Shown here in pieces: positions 46,892 through 61,000 of a stretch of DNA of 64,000 bases. The DNA comes from Octopus vulgaris. Lineage: Eukaryota. Within the stretch, counting starts at the first letter, position 1. Each line of letters begins with the position of its first letter. Under the pieces are notes generated by a model that ran no database searches, was not told the origin of the DNA, and saw only the letters and a list, made by a program, of their open reading frames with translations. Where the stretch lies: assembly GCA_951406725.2 (NCBI GenBank), contig OX597825.1, forward strand, positions 79,670,001-79,734,000. The letters are read 5' to 3'. The translations under genes and the position numbers were made by a program.

Positions 46892-47559
46892 CAGTGGTGG
46901 CTCGTAGATAAAATTAGTCGGGGTGCTGCTTCAGAAAACGTTTAGCCGTTGTCTTAATGTTGTGGAAAGAAAAATATAAAAAGAATATTTGTACATAAAG
47001 TTGATTGATTCGCGTTTTAGCCACTGCTGAGTATTGTGTAAAAAATTTGTTCACTGATCATCGCCGTGAATTCCCCCTTGCTTCTCAAAAATCTCCCCCT
47101 AAATCACAAAATAAGGACGGAAAATCTGCCCAATTTTTCAAAGCTGGAAGTAGGATAATAATCTAATTCTACACTTTATCACATTCAAGAATATAAACAT
47201 GTTTGTAAGTACAACACACTCGGAATCAAAAAGAAATACTACCTTTCACTCGGCACTGCGTGGAAGACAGTGCTGTCTCTCCCTAGCGTGAAGCTTCCTA
47301 TCTCAGTCACGTGAGCATGCGCACAACAGCTAAACGTGGCTGGAAGTGGGAAGCGCACAGTTCTATATAAGGATTTTTGTATTTTTTTCATAAACTCGGG
47401 GATGGCTACTGGCATTAAGCTTAAGGATTATATAATGTACAAGTATAAAGAAAGAATTAAAGGGAAAAAAAGGACTCATTATATTGAATGTTACCGATAA
47501 TATCGAGTGGAAATAGGGGGAGCTGCAGTTCCGCAGTGTCTATACACGAGCCACCACTG
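46892..47559. mobile_element. hAT-like non-autonomous DNA transposon
   Basis: 14-bp TIR CAGTGGTGGCTCGT / ACGAGCCACCACTG; truncates a SINE; TSD not recognisable. Confidence 0.65.
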
Positions 47560-47667
47560 TATGTATGTATGTATGTATGTATGTATGTATGTATGTATGT
47601 ATGTATGTATGTATGTATGTATGTATGTATGTATGCATATATATATATATATGTATATGTATGTATG

Positions 47668-47705
<38 letters not shown>

Positions 47706-48221
47706 CATATATATACACATACATATATACATACATATATGTATATATATATATTTATATATATATGCATACATAAATATGCTGTGTGTTTATATACACA
47801 CATACATTCACAGACGCACGCACACAGATACGCGCACACACGCATACACACGCATACACAATTGTAAGAAATGCTTATTCATGAAGTTCTGTTTTTTGTT
47901 TTGTTTGGGGTTTTTTTTCTCTTCTTCATGCCAAAACTTGTCGCGAAATAAAAACTTTTATTTGCTTGAAAAATAGCCATTTCACCCTGAAATTGGATGG
48001 CAAATAAGGCTTCTTTGAATTCCAAATGTATTTCTTTTGTGTGTTTCAACTGTAATCTTTGTTATAAAATGCGGGTTTGGGTGTTAAAAGGAGTATATGT
48101 AGATAACAAGGCAGAGCACGAGTGCTTGTTGATAACATATCTCATATACACACACATACGTTCTTTTATTCTTTTGCGTGTTTCACCCCTAAGGCTGTGG
48201 CCATGCAGGCGCACCACCAGT

Positions 48222-48262
<41 letters not shown>

Positions 48263-49077
48263 TACACACACACACACACAAACAAACAAACACACACACA
48301 TTTTTATAAATGGTAGAATAAATAGAGTCAAAAGTAAGAGGTAGTACGATCCGACAGCTGGTAATTCTAAGGGTGAACGAGCTCTATTTTGTACCCTAAT
48401 ACGTTCTTAACGGAATACACCTCAACTATATATATGTGTGGGGGGGGGGCTACAGGACGTCACCAACAGTAAACAACATGAAATACGCAAACGACTAGAG
48501 AAAAAAGTGGAAAACAGGACAAGTAACGCAAAGAACGACTCTTCATCACTTGTCGGCTGTCTATCTTCTCCTCCAAGCTGGCAGAAACGTTAGCTCGCCG
48601 GGCGAAATGCGTAGCTGTATTTCGTCTGCCGTTACCTTCTGGGTTCAAATTCCGCCGAGGTCGACTTTGCTTTTCATCCTTTCGGGGTCGATAAATTAAG
48701 TACCAGTTACGTACTGGGGTCGATGTAATCGACTCAACCCGTTTGTCTGTCCTCTCTATGTTTAGCCCCTTGTGGGTAGTAAAAAAATATATCTTCTCCT
48801 CATTATATATATCTTCTCCTCATCGAGCATTAAACGGCAATATGAGTCTTCGAAGACAGTTACAGCCATAAATACCAAAATAAAATTTGGGATTTACGGA
48901 GGGAACAAAAACAGGACAGTGGTGACATACAAGGAAATCGAACGAAAACAAACATGGAGGGTCGTTAGACCAGAACGAGGGTAAAATAACGAACGGTGGA
49001 GAAATATGCTTTCTTCACCTTTACTACGGATTGCTTGAAGCTAACTTTCTTCCTACACCTCGATTCTTGGATCTTAC

Positions 49078-49182
<105 letters not shown>

Positions 49183-49317
49183 TGTGTGTGTATGTGTGTG
49201 TGTGTATGTATATATATATATATAGTAAGTCCCCAAAAAAACGAAGAACTAACACAAGAAAAAAACAACGTGAGGACGTGGTACATGTATTAGGAAAGCT
49301 CTTCTTCAGAGAGAGAG

Positions 49318-49409
<92 letters not shown>

Positions 49410-49472
49410 GTCAGAAAACCGCGCCTCCCCGTTTTTGAAATATATATATTATGTAGATATATATATGTATGT

Positions 49473-49512
<40 letters not shown>

Positions 49513-49514
49513 GC

Positions 49515-49566
<52 letters not shown>

Positions 49567-49929
49567 TCCTGAATAAGGAGTCTTCACTCTGAATTATAGA
49601 AAGACAAATTAAAATTACAACTTTGTTTTATTTTCATTTTCATTTTTTTTTTGTTTACTTTGTTTCTTCTCGCATAATTCCGGCTTTACACAACCGCATT
49701 CTTTAAAGTCACACCTCACATTGCTTCACAAAAACCACCCCATTTTAATGTGTATGTGTGTGTATTTGCGTGTATGTGTGTGTGCGCGTGTGTGCCTATG
49801 TGCATACATACATACATAGTTGAAATTTATAGAAAAACAAAAGACGAAGACAGGTTTACAAACAAGAAGCAAGTGTATCAGTTTGACTGAAATTCAATGC
49901 AGGTTTTCAGGGCAATGTGGGAAGAGCGC

Positions 49930-50700
49930 GTAGAAGTGTTTACGAGTGGATCGAGAAGTTTTAAAGTATTCCGGACTAACACAGAGCATGAAAAGGGGAC
50001 ACGAAAAGCTCGAGAGATTACCATTGTCGGCCGACGATTTACCATCGATGAGTTGGCATGTTCCCTACAAATTAATCATGATTCAGTGTACAAAATCATC
50101 CACGACAAGCTTCGCTTCCGTAAAGTCTGTGCGAAATGGATGCTAAGCGCGTAAGTGCAGCCGTGCAGGGACCTGTCGACACTTACTCAACGGTAACAAC
50201 AATGAAGGCGGGTTTTTTTTATTATTATTCTTGAGAGAGAAAAACCATAAAGGATGAAACCTAAGTCTATCACTTTGGGCCAGAATCCAATAGGAAGAGT
50301 GTGAAGTGGTAAGACCCGGAACTACTTGCGAATTCAAGGTTCAACCTTCCGCTGAATAAGTGATGCTAACTGTTTTTTGTGACCAAAGGGTCTATACTGG
50401 AACATTACCTGGGAAGGGAGTCCGAGGTTACTAGTGTAGGCTACAGTGAAATGCTGATCAAAAAATGAAGCCAGAAGTTTGCACCAAACGCCAAAGTCTA
50501 TTTTCGAAGCAAGTTTTATTGTTGCACAGCAATGCACGCTTGTATACGGCCGTCCGCATCGTTGAAACCGTCGAAAAAATTGGGATTTGAGTTGCTAGGA
50601 CACCCCACATATAGTCCGGATCTTACCTCTTCCGACTATCACTTCTTTGGACTGCTCAAACCTCCTCTACGAAGTTGTCGATCTGTTTCGGACGAAGAAT
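49930..50700 (+). mobile_element. Degenerate mariner transposase
   Basis: RRFTIDELA..IIHDKLRFRKVCAKW; HPTYSPDLTSSDYHFFGLLK. Confidence 0.8.
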
Positions 50701-51640
50701 GCTTAGTTAAGAGAGAAGCGAGTATTACTTTAAAAGATTATAAATCTAATTTTCATGATAATCCTACTTGTAGATTGTTAAACCCAGCGAGATTTGAAAT
50801 TGGGCGACTAGCTAAAAATATACTTAGAAGCATTAATGATAAAATTAGAGAAATTTCTGGGCGTCAACAATGAAATAGCAGTTTAAGAACATTAAGAATA
50901 AGAATAAGGCGAAATTTACCCAGTTTGATATTATCGACTTTTATCCCTTTATATCTAAATCCCACTTTGATAAAAAAAAAATTGAATTTGCTAAATCATA
51001 TATTGATTTTGATGCCATAGACCAAGATTTTATCAGGCATGTGAGGAAAACACTACTGTTCGGTAAAGGATTAGTATGGGTTCAAAATCGCATAATGACG
51101 AACTATTTGATGCATCTATGGGGTCATATGATAGTGCTGACGTCTGTGATTTTGTGGGTTTGTTTATATTAAACACATTGAGATATAAATACCCATCTCA
51201 TGATGTTGGCCAATACCGTGACGACGGTTTGGGTATTTCCATTGATAGATTTAGAAAGCAATTTGTTTCTACCTCAAATCAATTAGGCTTTAAAATGACA
51301 GTAGCTACTAATCTGTTTACAGTTGATTATTTAGATGCTTCCCTAGATTTAAACTCCTCCTTGGATACACATTTCCATTAGCCTAATGAGAACCTCGAAT
51401 ATATACATAAATAGTCTAGTCACCCTCCTGTAATATTTAAAAACCTGATAGCTAATATTAGTAGCAGAGTGTCTAACCTCTCTTCCTCTAAAGAAATTTT
51501 CGAGAAAGCTGCCCCTTATAATAATAATGCCTTAACCAATAGTGGCTTCAAAGATAAATTAACATATAATCCCTCTAATAATTATCAGAATAACAATAAT
51601 AGATCTAGTAACTTCAAATATAAAGTAACACATAACCCCT
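50700..51640 (+). mobile_element. Penelope-like element reverse transcriptase relic
   Basis: ITLKDYKSNF..TCRLLNP, QFDIIDFYP, MGSYDSADVC, YRDDGL, VDYLD, SSHPP, NLSSSKEIF motifs; stops and frameshifts. Confidence 0.8.
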
Positions 51641-51641
51641 C

Positions 51642-51782
<141 letters not shown>

Positions 51783-51789
51783 AAAAACT

Positions 51790-52445
51790 TTATGGTAAAG
51801 ATGGATCCCAAGTCAGTTCCCTCGTTGATACGGTGTATAATTTCAGTGCTGATATCAGGATGGAGTTCGGACTGAGAAAGTGTGGTGTGTTAGTCTTGAA
51901 GTGAAGCAAAATCAAATGTATGGACGGGCTAACGATACCGTCGGGGGAGGTTATGAAGTAGATAGAAGAGACGGGATATAAGTACTTGGGGATTTTGGAA
52001 ATGGATAAATTGATGGAGAAAGAAATGACAGAAAAATTTAAGATGGAATACTTGCGTAGACTGAGACTGATCCTTAAGCCGAAATTAAACGGACGGAATA
52101 AGATCGAAACTATCAGCACCTCAGCGGTTTCACTCCTTAGATATGGTGCAGAGGTAAACGCATGGACAGTAGAAGAACTAAACAGCTTAGACAGAAAGAC
52201 AAGGAAGTTGCTAACTAGATATGAGACACTCCACCCAAAAAGTGACACAGACAGACTGTATGTACCAAGAAAAAGAGGAGGAAGAGGACTTTTTGGATGC
52301 GAACACAGCATTAGAGTAGAAGAAAACAACATAGCATGGTATGTAAAGAATGCCACAGAACCACTATTACTAGAAGTAAGGAGGTCAGGCTTGTGTCGGA
52401 TGAAATATTACAAAGATAAAGCACTGTACAAGCAATTGAAACCGT
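51790..52445 (+). mobile_element. R4/Dong-like RT/thumb relic next to (AAT)n
   Basis: YKYLGILE..EYLRRLRLILK..LDRKTRKLL..HPKSDTDRLYVPRKRGGRGL. Confidence 0.8.
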
Positions 52446-52957
52446 ATGGCCCATCTCTTTTCCATTAATATAAAAACTAACATAGGTAAATGTTTTCTGT
52501 CTTTCCAAGCGATAATAGGCTAATTGGATTTCAATAAAGATCAATAATGGGCCCCCTGGATGGGTTGGGCGAATTATATGATAAAATGAAAAGATTGCAA
52601 AGAGTATTAGTCGGAGGGAAATGTAGTAGCAGGAGCGAGTGTGACTGATATCAGGGAAGGGGAGAACAGCGTTGTGTAAACGACAAATATGGAGTGGCAA
52701 TGATAACGTTAATACAGCTGTCGTATACTCGCGACGCTTCATACATACTTTTGTAAATACATAGATACATGCATACACACACGCATAACCTTTAAAAAGG
52801 GAGAGAAGGGTAGGTGTGAGGAATATGTAGCTTTAAGGAGAGAGGGTGTAGGGTTTTTTCTGCTGTCCACCGCAAAGGAACACTCACACACAGACATACA
52901 CACACATATATACGTATATACATACATATATACATATGTCTATTCTACACCATTTTG

Positions 52958-53523
52958 TTGGGTTGTCCAGAAAGTTCGTGCCGATTTATAGTAGCTTACC
53001 TTTTGACTTATTTTAGAACATGGTTGAGTCCATAAAATAGGATTTGACTACACCTCCATTTAGAGCACAGTTTAAGCTATCTTTTCGTGGAAGAAGGTTT
53101 ATGTTCCTATAACCTGTGTTAATTTTGTAACCCTTTAAAATGGAAGATAAGAAAGTTCATTTTCGGCACTTGATGCTTTGGGAACCAGACAAAAATTGCT
53201 GCAGCTCGGCTGGGATGTGTTACCCCACCCTCCATATTCACCAGATATTGCTCCTTCGGATTTCCACTTATTCAGGTCTCTGCAGAATAGTCTTAATGGT
53301 AAAAATTTCAATTCCTTGGATGAAGTAAAAAGATACCTTGATGAATTCTTTTTCATGAAACCACCTCAATTCTGGGAAGAGGGTCTTTTCAAGTTAAAGG
53401 AAAGATGGAGACGCATTGTGCAACAAAATGGTTCATATTTGGTTGATTAAAAATGTAATGGCAAGTATTTATTGACCTTTTTCTTTTCTTTAAAAATCGG
53501 CACGAACTTTCCGGACAACCCAA
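52958..53523 (+). mobile_element. Internally deleted mariner with both TIRs
   Basis: TTGGGTTGTCC.GAAAGTTCGTGCCGATTT TIRs; N-terminus MEDKKVHFRHLMLWE joined to HPPYSPDIAPSDFHLFRSL..W...V..NGSY. Confidence 0.9.
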
Positions 53524-53556
53524 TAAAATCGTGATTACCTGTGTGTACGTTTGTAA

Positions 53557-53630
<74 letters not shown>

Positions 53631-54684
53631 CGTCCTATAACTGTCTGTCTCTCCACTTTTGTAGGGTCTTTCCTGAGGCTTTTAAAATTACGTCAAAATT
53701 TTCAAATTTGGTATATTGAGATAAATTTCCAGATTAAATCCGATTTTGTTATTTATGTGTTCCAGAAAAATTGCAGAAAAATGTTACTGAGGTTTAAAGT
53801 TTAATCAGTTTTACCTAATCAGAAGATGAGATTTGGAAGCTGGCATTTTCTGCACGATACATGCAGAAAATGAAAGCAAAATCATTACGAGGAGGAAATT
53901 TTATTAAACAAACGAAAACAAAAGCATTACTACGACCAAAGTTTTAAGAACTTTTGAAGTTTTAATGAGTCTTAATGAATAAATTCATGTGAAGCGATCG
54001 AACAGATATGTAAATAATTTATAAAGGAAGAAAAAATCCTCAACGATGTTTTTCGCAAAAAATTGCACAAATCTGTTCTGATCAAGAGGCCTATCTGTCG
54101 GGAAAGGCATGGTCTGACATGGAATAAACATGAAATAAACCAAAATCTATATAATTTTTCCATTACTCAAATGTGTTTATGGGGAAAAGATATAAAACAA
54201 TGAAGGAAGGTATCAGATGGTCGTGAGATGTGCTTAAAACACCAGCTAAATCACCCTTACCTTTTTTCCATAGTGGGGCCATATTCAACACCGTATTTAT
54301 GAATTTGTTTCTCTCACCATGAAACATGGGATCCTTTTTAAAAACCTTTTTCTATTACTCAAACGAAAAATAAATGAAACTAAAAATGTTTTTTTCAAAC
54401 TTTTTTTCCATTACACTCTTGCAAAAACATAACTTACGAAATTCTTTCTCTTCGAATGTCCTCATTTTATCCCCTCGGAAAAAATTTTACCCCCAAAATT
54501 TCTCTGTAATCGGTTCGTTGACGCAATTATTTGTTCTCATATTCGTTTAATACACATTATTTTACACCTATTACACTTGTTTTGTTTTTGTTTTTGTTTT
54601 GGTTTTGGTAACCGGGTTTTTTAAAAAAATATCAACTATGATTAATGTTTGCTTAAACACCCAGACATATATTACATCCATATG

Positions 54685-54753
<69 letters not shown>

Positions 54754-54859
54754 TTAATATGTAAACGTCTATGTATATGTGTATATGTTTGTATACGTGT
54801 GTGTGAGTATGCGTGTGTCTTTATCTACACAAAGACACAACTAGGAGCAACTCAAACAT

Positions 54860-55137
54860 CCAGTAAACAAACTAACCGCACCTTGTTATGATGTGCAGCA
54901 TTAACACACATACACACACACATAGAATTACGAACCAAATCAACCAATCACCTATCAGCAAACCAACCGCACCTTGTTACCTTATAAATAACTGTTTTCT
55001 CGTAGTTAGTCGCATATCTGTAGATGACAATGCAAGCGGCAATTGTTTAAACGTTCGATCTCATTGATTTAATCCTTATTATTTTCCTTACATGCAGCTT
55101 ATATAATTTCTGCCGCTCCATCTCTGTCCAGTTCACC
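54860..55137 (+). promoter_or_regulatory. Putative proximal promoter/5'UTR of gene 2
   Basis: CCAAT 54944-54948, same 22-bp block 54960-54981, TATAAATA 54983-54990; second AACCGCACCTTGTTA copy near 54874-54888. Confidence 0.65.
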
Positions 55138-55472
55138 ATGTTGACATTCAGAGCTCTGCTTGTTTTCTGCTGTTTCTTTATAATCCTCTTCTCAGATTTG
55201 ATCCAATGTCTCGACTCGGAGCAAAATTATTCCCAAAACCAAATACACGAGATGATCGCAAATTTCACCAACACTATGCTAGAAGATAAAAATATGGTTG
55301 GAGGCGCCGTAGCTGTGGTGAAAAATAACCAAGTCGTGTACCTACGAGGATTTGGCCGTCGTAACTTAAACAGCTCAGATAAAGTTGACAACCATACTTT
55401 ATTCGGTTTAGCTTCTTTGACGAAAGCATTTACCGCAGCGACACTTGTCAAAGTAATGGAAGATAGGAAAGA
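55138..55472 (+). CDS. Gene 2 coding exon 1 (signal peptide, SLTK at 55414-55425)
   Basis: CACCATG; donor GA|GTAAGT. Confidence 0.92.
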
Positions 55473-56388
55473 GTAAGTTGACATATTTTACATAATTAAT
55501 CTACCTCTTTGATGTTTTGTATAATCTATTTATGTTGGTTCATAAAGAAACTAGTTTTATTTTTAAAGTTCATATTTACGCTCTCTAAGAAAGAGGTTTG
55601 TTTGTGATCTTTCAATTTGCTATTTGTTTTCTTAGAATTTTCATCTGAAATCGTTTTTTTTAAACTAATATTGTTATGTTTTAGAAGAGCGATATTAAAG
55701 CCGGTTACAGTTCATATGATCCACCCCTAATATAACATTGCACGTGACTATGTCTGTCTGTATGTATGTATGTATGTATGTATGTATGTATGTATGTGTG
55801 TGTGTGTATGTATGTATGCATGTATGTATGTTTTTATGTATGTCATTATTCAGTTTTATTTCAAGATTTCATGCCACTAGAGAAAGAGCCGGTTTCTAAC
55901 CTAGATCCAAGGCTCCTTCATTGGAATTTCAACAACATCAGCAGGGTCTTTTCGTGTGTATGTATATGTGAAGATTTGTATGTTTTGCCATTTCTCATGC
56001 ATATAGTTGCATATCTAGACACGCTCATATATACTTAAATTATAAACTTCTAGAAACTTACAGATTTTTACAGTCCTAATGACGGTTGGATCTGTAGTTT
56101 TCGAATTAGCTTTCTCCTTTCTGGTTTTGAGAAGCTTAATTTCTCGAGATTGGTATTTATGCAGTGTGTTACATATCCCAGTGTCCCAAGAATTAAAGGT
56201 ATAAACCTGAACTTGTAATCTGGATAGCGTAACTGCAGATTTCTCAATAGTTCAGCGAAGGTGTTCTCTTTTTCACTGATCTTCAGCTTTAGGTTAACAT
56301 CCGCCGTGAAGCTGATTTCCACAACTGTACTTGTATGTATGTATATAGTCTTTTATTTCTTTCAGTCATTTGATTGTGGCCATGCTGG

Positions 56389-56450
<62 letters not shown>

Positions 56451-57975
56451 ACAATTATGTCTCTGTGTGTGTGTGTGTAAGACAATTACAATGAATATAG
56501 AGACATACACTCGGTAAAATATTTATAATCCAGTGAAGCGAATCCAGGATTTAACCATTGGATGAAATACAGTGGATTGGCTTACCTTAAGTAATCCTAG
56601 ATGCTCCTCACAACTTGATGCGATTAACCATAACACGGATTATAACTGATTACGCGTACAGCACTCACCTGACCTCTTTATCGCTATCCATTATATATAT
56701 ATATATATATGGCAGCTTTACAACCTTGATTGAAAACAAAGAGAAGCAGGTGTGTTGAAAATGCTCCCTTTTTCTTATGTGGTAAACCTTCATATGTCTG
56801 AAATGAGGTGAAATTTACTCAAATTTAAAAAACAATAAAGAAAAGTTATTGAGGAAGAATAGAGCTAAAAACAAACATTAAAACAAAAGTATTTTTCTTG
56901 ACAATTCAAATAAAATTGTAAAGTTACGAACAGTTTTATCCGACAATCTATTATTACACCCTTACTGGTTCCAGTGATTGAGCTCACACCATGCAGGACT
57001 TAAAGAGAATTTTATTTAAACATTATTTCTTTGTTGTTGTTTTTTTTCTTTTGTATTTATTTTCTTGTCTATTTCAGTGTGTCCCAGACAATGCCAATCA
57101 GTAAGTTCCTGGACATTGAGTTTTCTACAGAACAAAGGACGAAGTATGCTAATGTAGAGGATCTACTATCGCATCGGATGGGTTTGCCGAAAAATAACTA
57201 TTTACGTTTAAACTTAGAATTGACGAGAGACAACATTCCGCAGTAAATAGAGCTTTTTATTTATTTATTTTTCATTGAAGGCGGCGAGCTGGCAGAAACG
57301 TTAGCACACCGGGCGAAATGCGTAGCCGTATTTCGTCTGCCCTTTACGTTCTGAGTTCAAATTCCGCCGAGGTCGACTTTGCCTTTCATCTTTTTGGGGT
57401 CGATAAATTAAGTACCAGTTACGTACTGGGTCGATAGAATCTACTTAATCTGTTCGTCTGTCCTTCTTTGTCCCCTCTATGTTTAGCTCCTTGTGGGCAA
57501 TAAAGAAATATATTTATTTTTCATTGAATATAGATTATTTTTCGAGCCGAGCTAACAGATAGAAGACCAAGGGTTAGACCAGCAATGAGGCGGTTGGCTA
57601 ATATTCATAGTCTCAGATGGTCACGCTTGACAATTCACCCAGAATCAATTAGAAATAATAGGACCCTACGGAAGAGGTGTCGGAGCACTCTACGCCCATG
57701 CCTCACCCAAGAATAGTGAATGAAGAAGATGGAAGCATGGATGAATCCTTTATTGTTGATAATACTCTTTTACTTGTTTCAGTCATTTGACTGTGGCCTT
57801 CCTGGAGCACCGCCTTTAGTCGAGCAAATCGACCTCAGGACTTATTCTTTGTAAGTCTAGTACTTATTCTATCGGTCTCTTTTGCCGAACTGCTAAGTAA
57901 CGGGGACGTAAACACACCACCATCGGTTGTCAAGCGATGTTGGGAGGACAAACACAAACACACAAACATGCATAC

Positions 57976-58027
<52 letters not shown>

Positions 58028-61000
58028 GACGGACTTCTTTCAGTTTCCGTCTACCAAATCCACTCACAAGGCTTTGGTTGGCTTCAGGCTATAGTAGAAG
58101 ACACTTGCCCAAGGTGCCACGCAGTGGAACTGAACCCGGAACCATGTGGTCGGTAAGCAAGCTACTTACCACACAGCCACTCCTCCGCCTATAATTCAGA
58201 ATAAGTTGACAAGATTAATAAGGTTTAGCTTTGCTTTTAAATTCGCACAGGGTTTGAAATTTTGGGTGATTATTAAATTATTTCAACTCTGTGAAAAGGG
58301 TTGGACTTAGCTTGTCTCAGTTTATCGACCCCGAAAGAATGAAAAGCGCAGTTGACTTCAGTGAATTTCGAAATCAGAGCGTACATCGTCGCGACTTAAT
58401 ACCAGAAAACATTTTGTTTCATGCTGTAACGAGTCTGCCAATCCATCGTCAAAGCTATATTATAGTAATGAAAAGGCGGCGAGCTGGCAGAATCGTTAGC
58501 ACGCCGGGCGAAATGCTTAGTGGTATTTCATCCTTTCGGAGTCGATTAAATAAGTACCAGTTACGCACTGGGGTCGATGTAATCGACTTAATCCGTTTGT
58601 CTGTCCTTGTTTGTCCTCTCTATGTGGGTAGTAAAGAATTAGGTATTTTGTCTGTCTTTATGTTCTGAGTTCAAATATCATCGAGGTCGACTTTGCCTTT
58701 CATCCTTTCGAGGTCGATAAATTAAGTAGCAGTTGCGTACTGGGGCCGATCTAATTGACTGGTTCCCCTCCCCCAACATTTTTGGCCTTGTACCTGGAGT
58801 AGAAAAGAAAAGAATATATTATATATTAAGGCGGCAAGTTGGCAGAATCATTACCGCGCCGGAAAAAGAATGCTTCCGATTCTAGTTTCGAATTCCGTGG
58901 GGGTCGACTTTACATTTCATACACGTGATTGGGAAGTTATATTCTTACCTATTTCTTTACTACCCACAAGGGGCTAAACACAGAGGGGACAAACAAGGAC
59001 AGACATAGGTATTAAGTCGATTACATCGACCCCAGTGCGTAACTGGTACTTAATTTATCGACCCCGTTTCGCGAATTCGCGTGTCTACCTTTACCTTATT
59101 TTCTACCACAAATAACATGTATAGTAATTTTCTTTTTCTTTGTTCTTTCAACAGATATGTTAAACAGTTCAAACAATACAAAGATTTCCGAACCAGTTTC
59201 ATGTACAGTAGTATTATGTTCGGCCTGGCAGCTCACATTACTGAGAAATTGACTAACAACACTTGGGAAAATATGATCAGCGAGAAAATCCTTCGCCCCT
59301 TAGGTATGCGTGACACCAAATTTATCACAAAACCTTACGGTGGTAAGAAAAACGTGGCCACTCCCTACGTTGAAGATGACGACGTCAAAAAGACTTTGAT
59401 CGAAGTTCCAGCTTCATTCAAACGGTTTGTAAACGGTTATTGATTTGTGATTAAGTTTTTAAAAAAAACCCGAATATCACTGACGGAGAGGACAGTGATA
59501 TTGGGAAGAAGGAGGAGGAGGAGAGGTGGGAAGGGAGGAGGAGGGTGGTGGATTGGAGGAGGGTGTGGGGAGGAGGAAGGAGAGGAGTGTGATGATGAGG
59601 AGGAAGAAGTGGGGGGAAAAGGGAAGGAAGAGGAAGGAGAGGAAGGTGAGAAGGAGAAAGAAAGTGGAGAGTAGGAATGAGGAGGATGAGAAGGGAGGAA
59701 GAAGATGAAGAGGATGGGGAGGGAGGGATAAGATGAGGAGGATGGGGAGGGAGGGAGAAGATGAGGAGGAGGGAGACAAGAAGATGAAAAGTAACTGTTG
59801 TTGACTTTTGAGTGTCTTAGTTTCTATGTCAGGCCTGAACAACCCTTTTTCGAGAAGCGGGCCGCATGAGAGATGGATCAATCATCAAGTGGGCCGCTCT
59901 ACTAAAACATTCAAGACAACTTTTCGTCGGCGTGCTGTTGAGAAAGATCTGCGGACTGCAGTTTGCCCATGAGTTTTTACAAAGAAATGAACTACACCCC
60001 TTCATGAAATTTATTAACTGTTTAGGTGATCTGAGTCAGCGAGAGTTTAGCAAACTTGAACATGGGCACAGCACACCATTACAGATGAGCAGCAAAAGGT
60101 TTGCTGTATCATGTGATATTTCTCTGCCCTGGGCGAGTATCTAGTATAATATCACACTAGTGCAGTGGTATTCAACCAGGGTTCCGCGGAACCTTAGGGT
60201 TCCGCCAGTACAGTCCAGGGGTTCCGCCAGTACAGTTCAGGGGTTCCGCAAGAAGTTACAAAACTGCTAAAATCAGCAGTAATTTTTAATTCTCCTGTGC
60301 AGATATGTGTGCATAAAACTATAAAATTATTGCACAGGGGTTCCTCGAGCCAGTGGAATGTTTCCTTGGGGTTCCGCTCCAGCAAAAAGGTTGAAAAGCA
60401 CTGCACTAGTGACTTGGCCAGCACTGACCCCGAGATGCAAAGCCTACATCACTGATATTGTTGGTGGTGGGTGGTGGACTGTATCGTTGAGCCCCAGGTC
60501 AGCCGCGACAGGACACGCTCATCACCAACGTCATTCCAGCCATGATCACTCTGTCTTTTATCTTAGACATTGTATGTCAAAGTGTTCTTCTCCCTTTTTT
60601 TTCATATATATAGAGTTCCAGTTAAGATAACACCATCTTTCTTTTGTACTCCTCAGACATACTGTATCAAAAACTACATCATTTATTGTATCCATCGTGT
60701 TTATAAAACCGTAGGATATGATTTTGAGAAGGATTTTGCTACTATTTCTAGCTGTTTGAGTGGCGTATAATGGCACCTCATTAACTTGTGCAAAGGTTGT
60801 AAGTTATAAAGATAAGAAGGTGTCATTTTGGCGTGTTGTCTAACCCTAACCCTAACCTTAATCTTAACCCTAATCCTAAACACCAACCTCAAACCTAAAT
60901 CTTAACGCTAACCTAAACCCCCACCCTAATCCTAAACACCAACCTCAAACCTAAATCTTAACGCTAACCTAAACCCCCACCCTAAACCCTGACCCTCACC

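Noticed and set aside
49296-49312. Minus-strand CTGAAGA-A-GAGC core
   Set aside because: The GAAA/stem III half is deleted; it is only a remnant of the 33002-type repeat.
53178-53450. Domesticated SETMAR-like gene
   Set aside because: Lies between mariner TIRs, with most of the transposase deleted.
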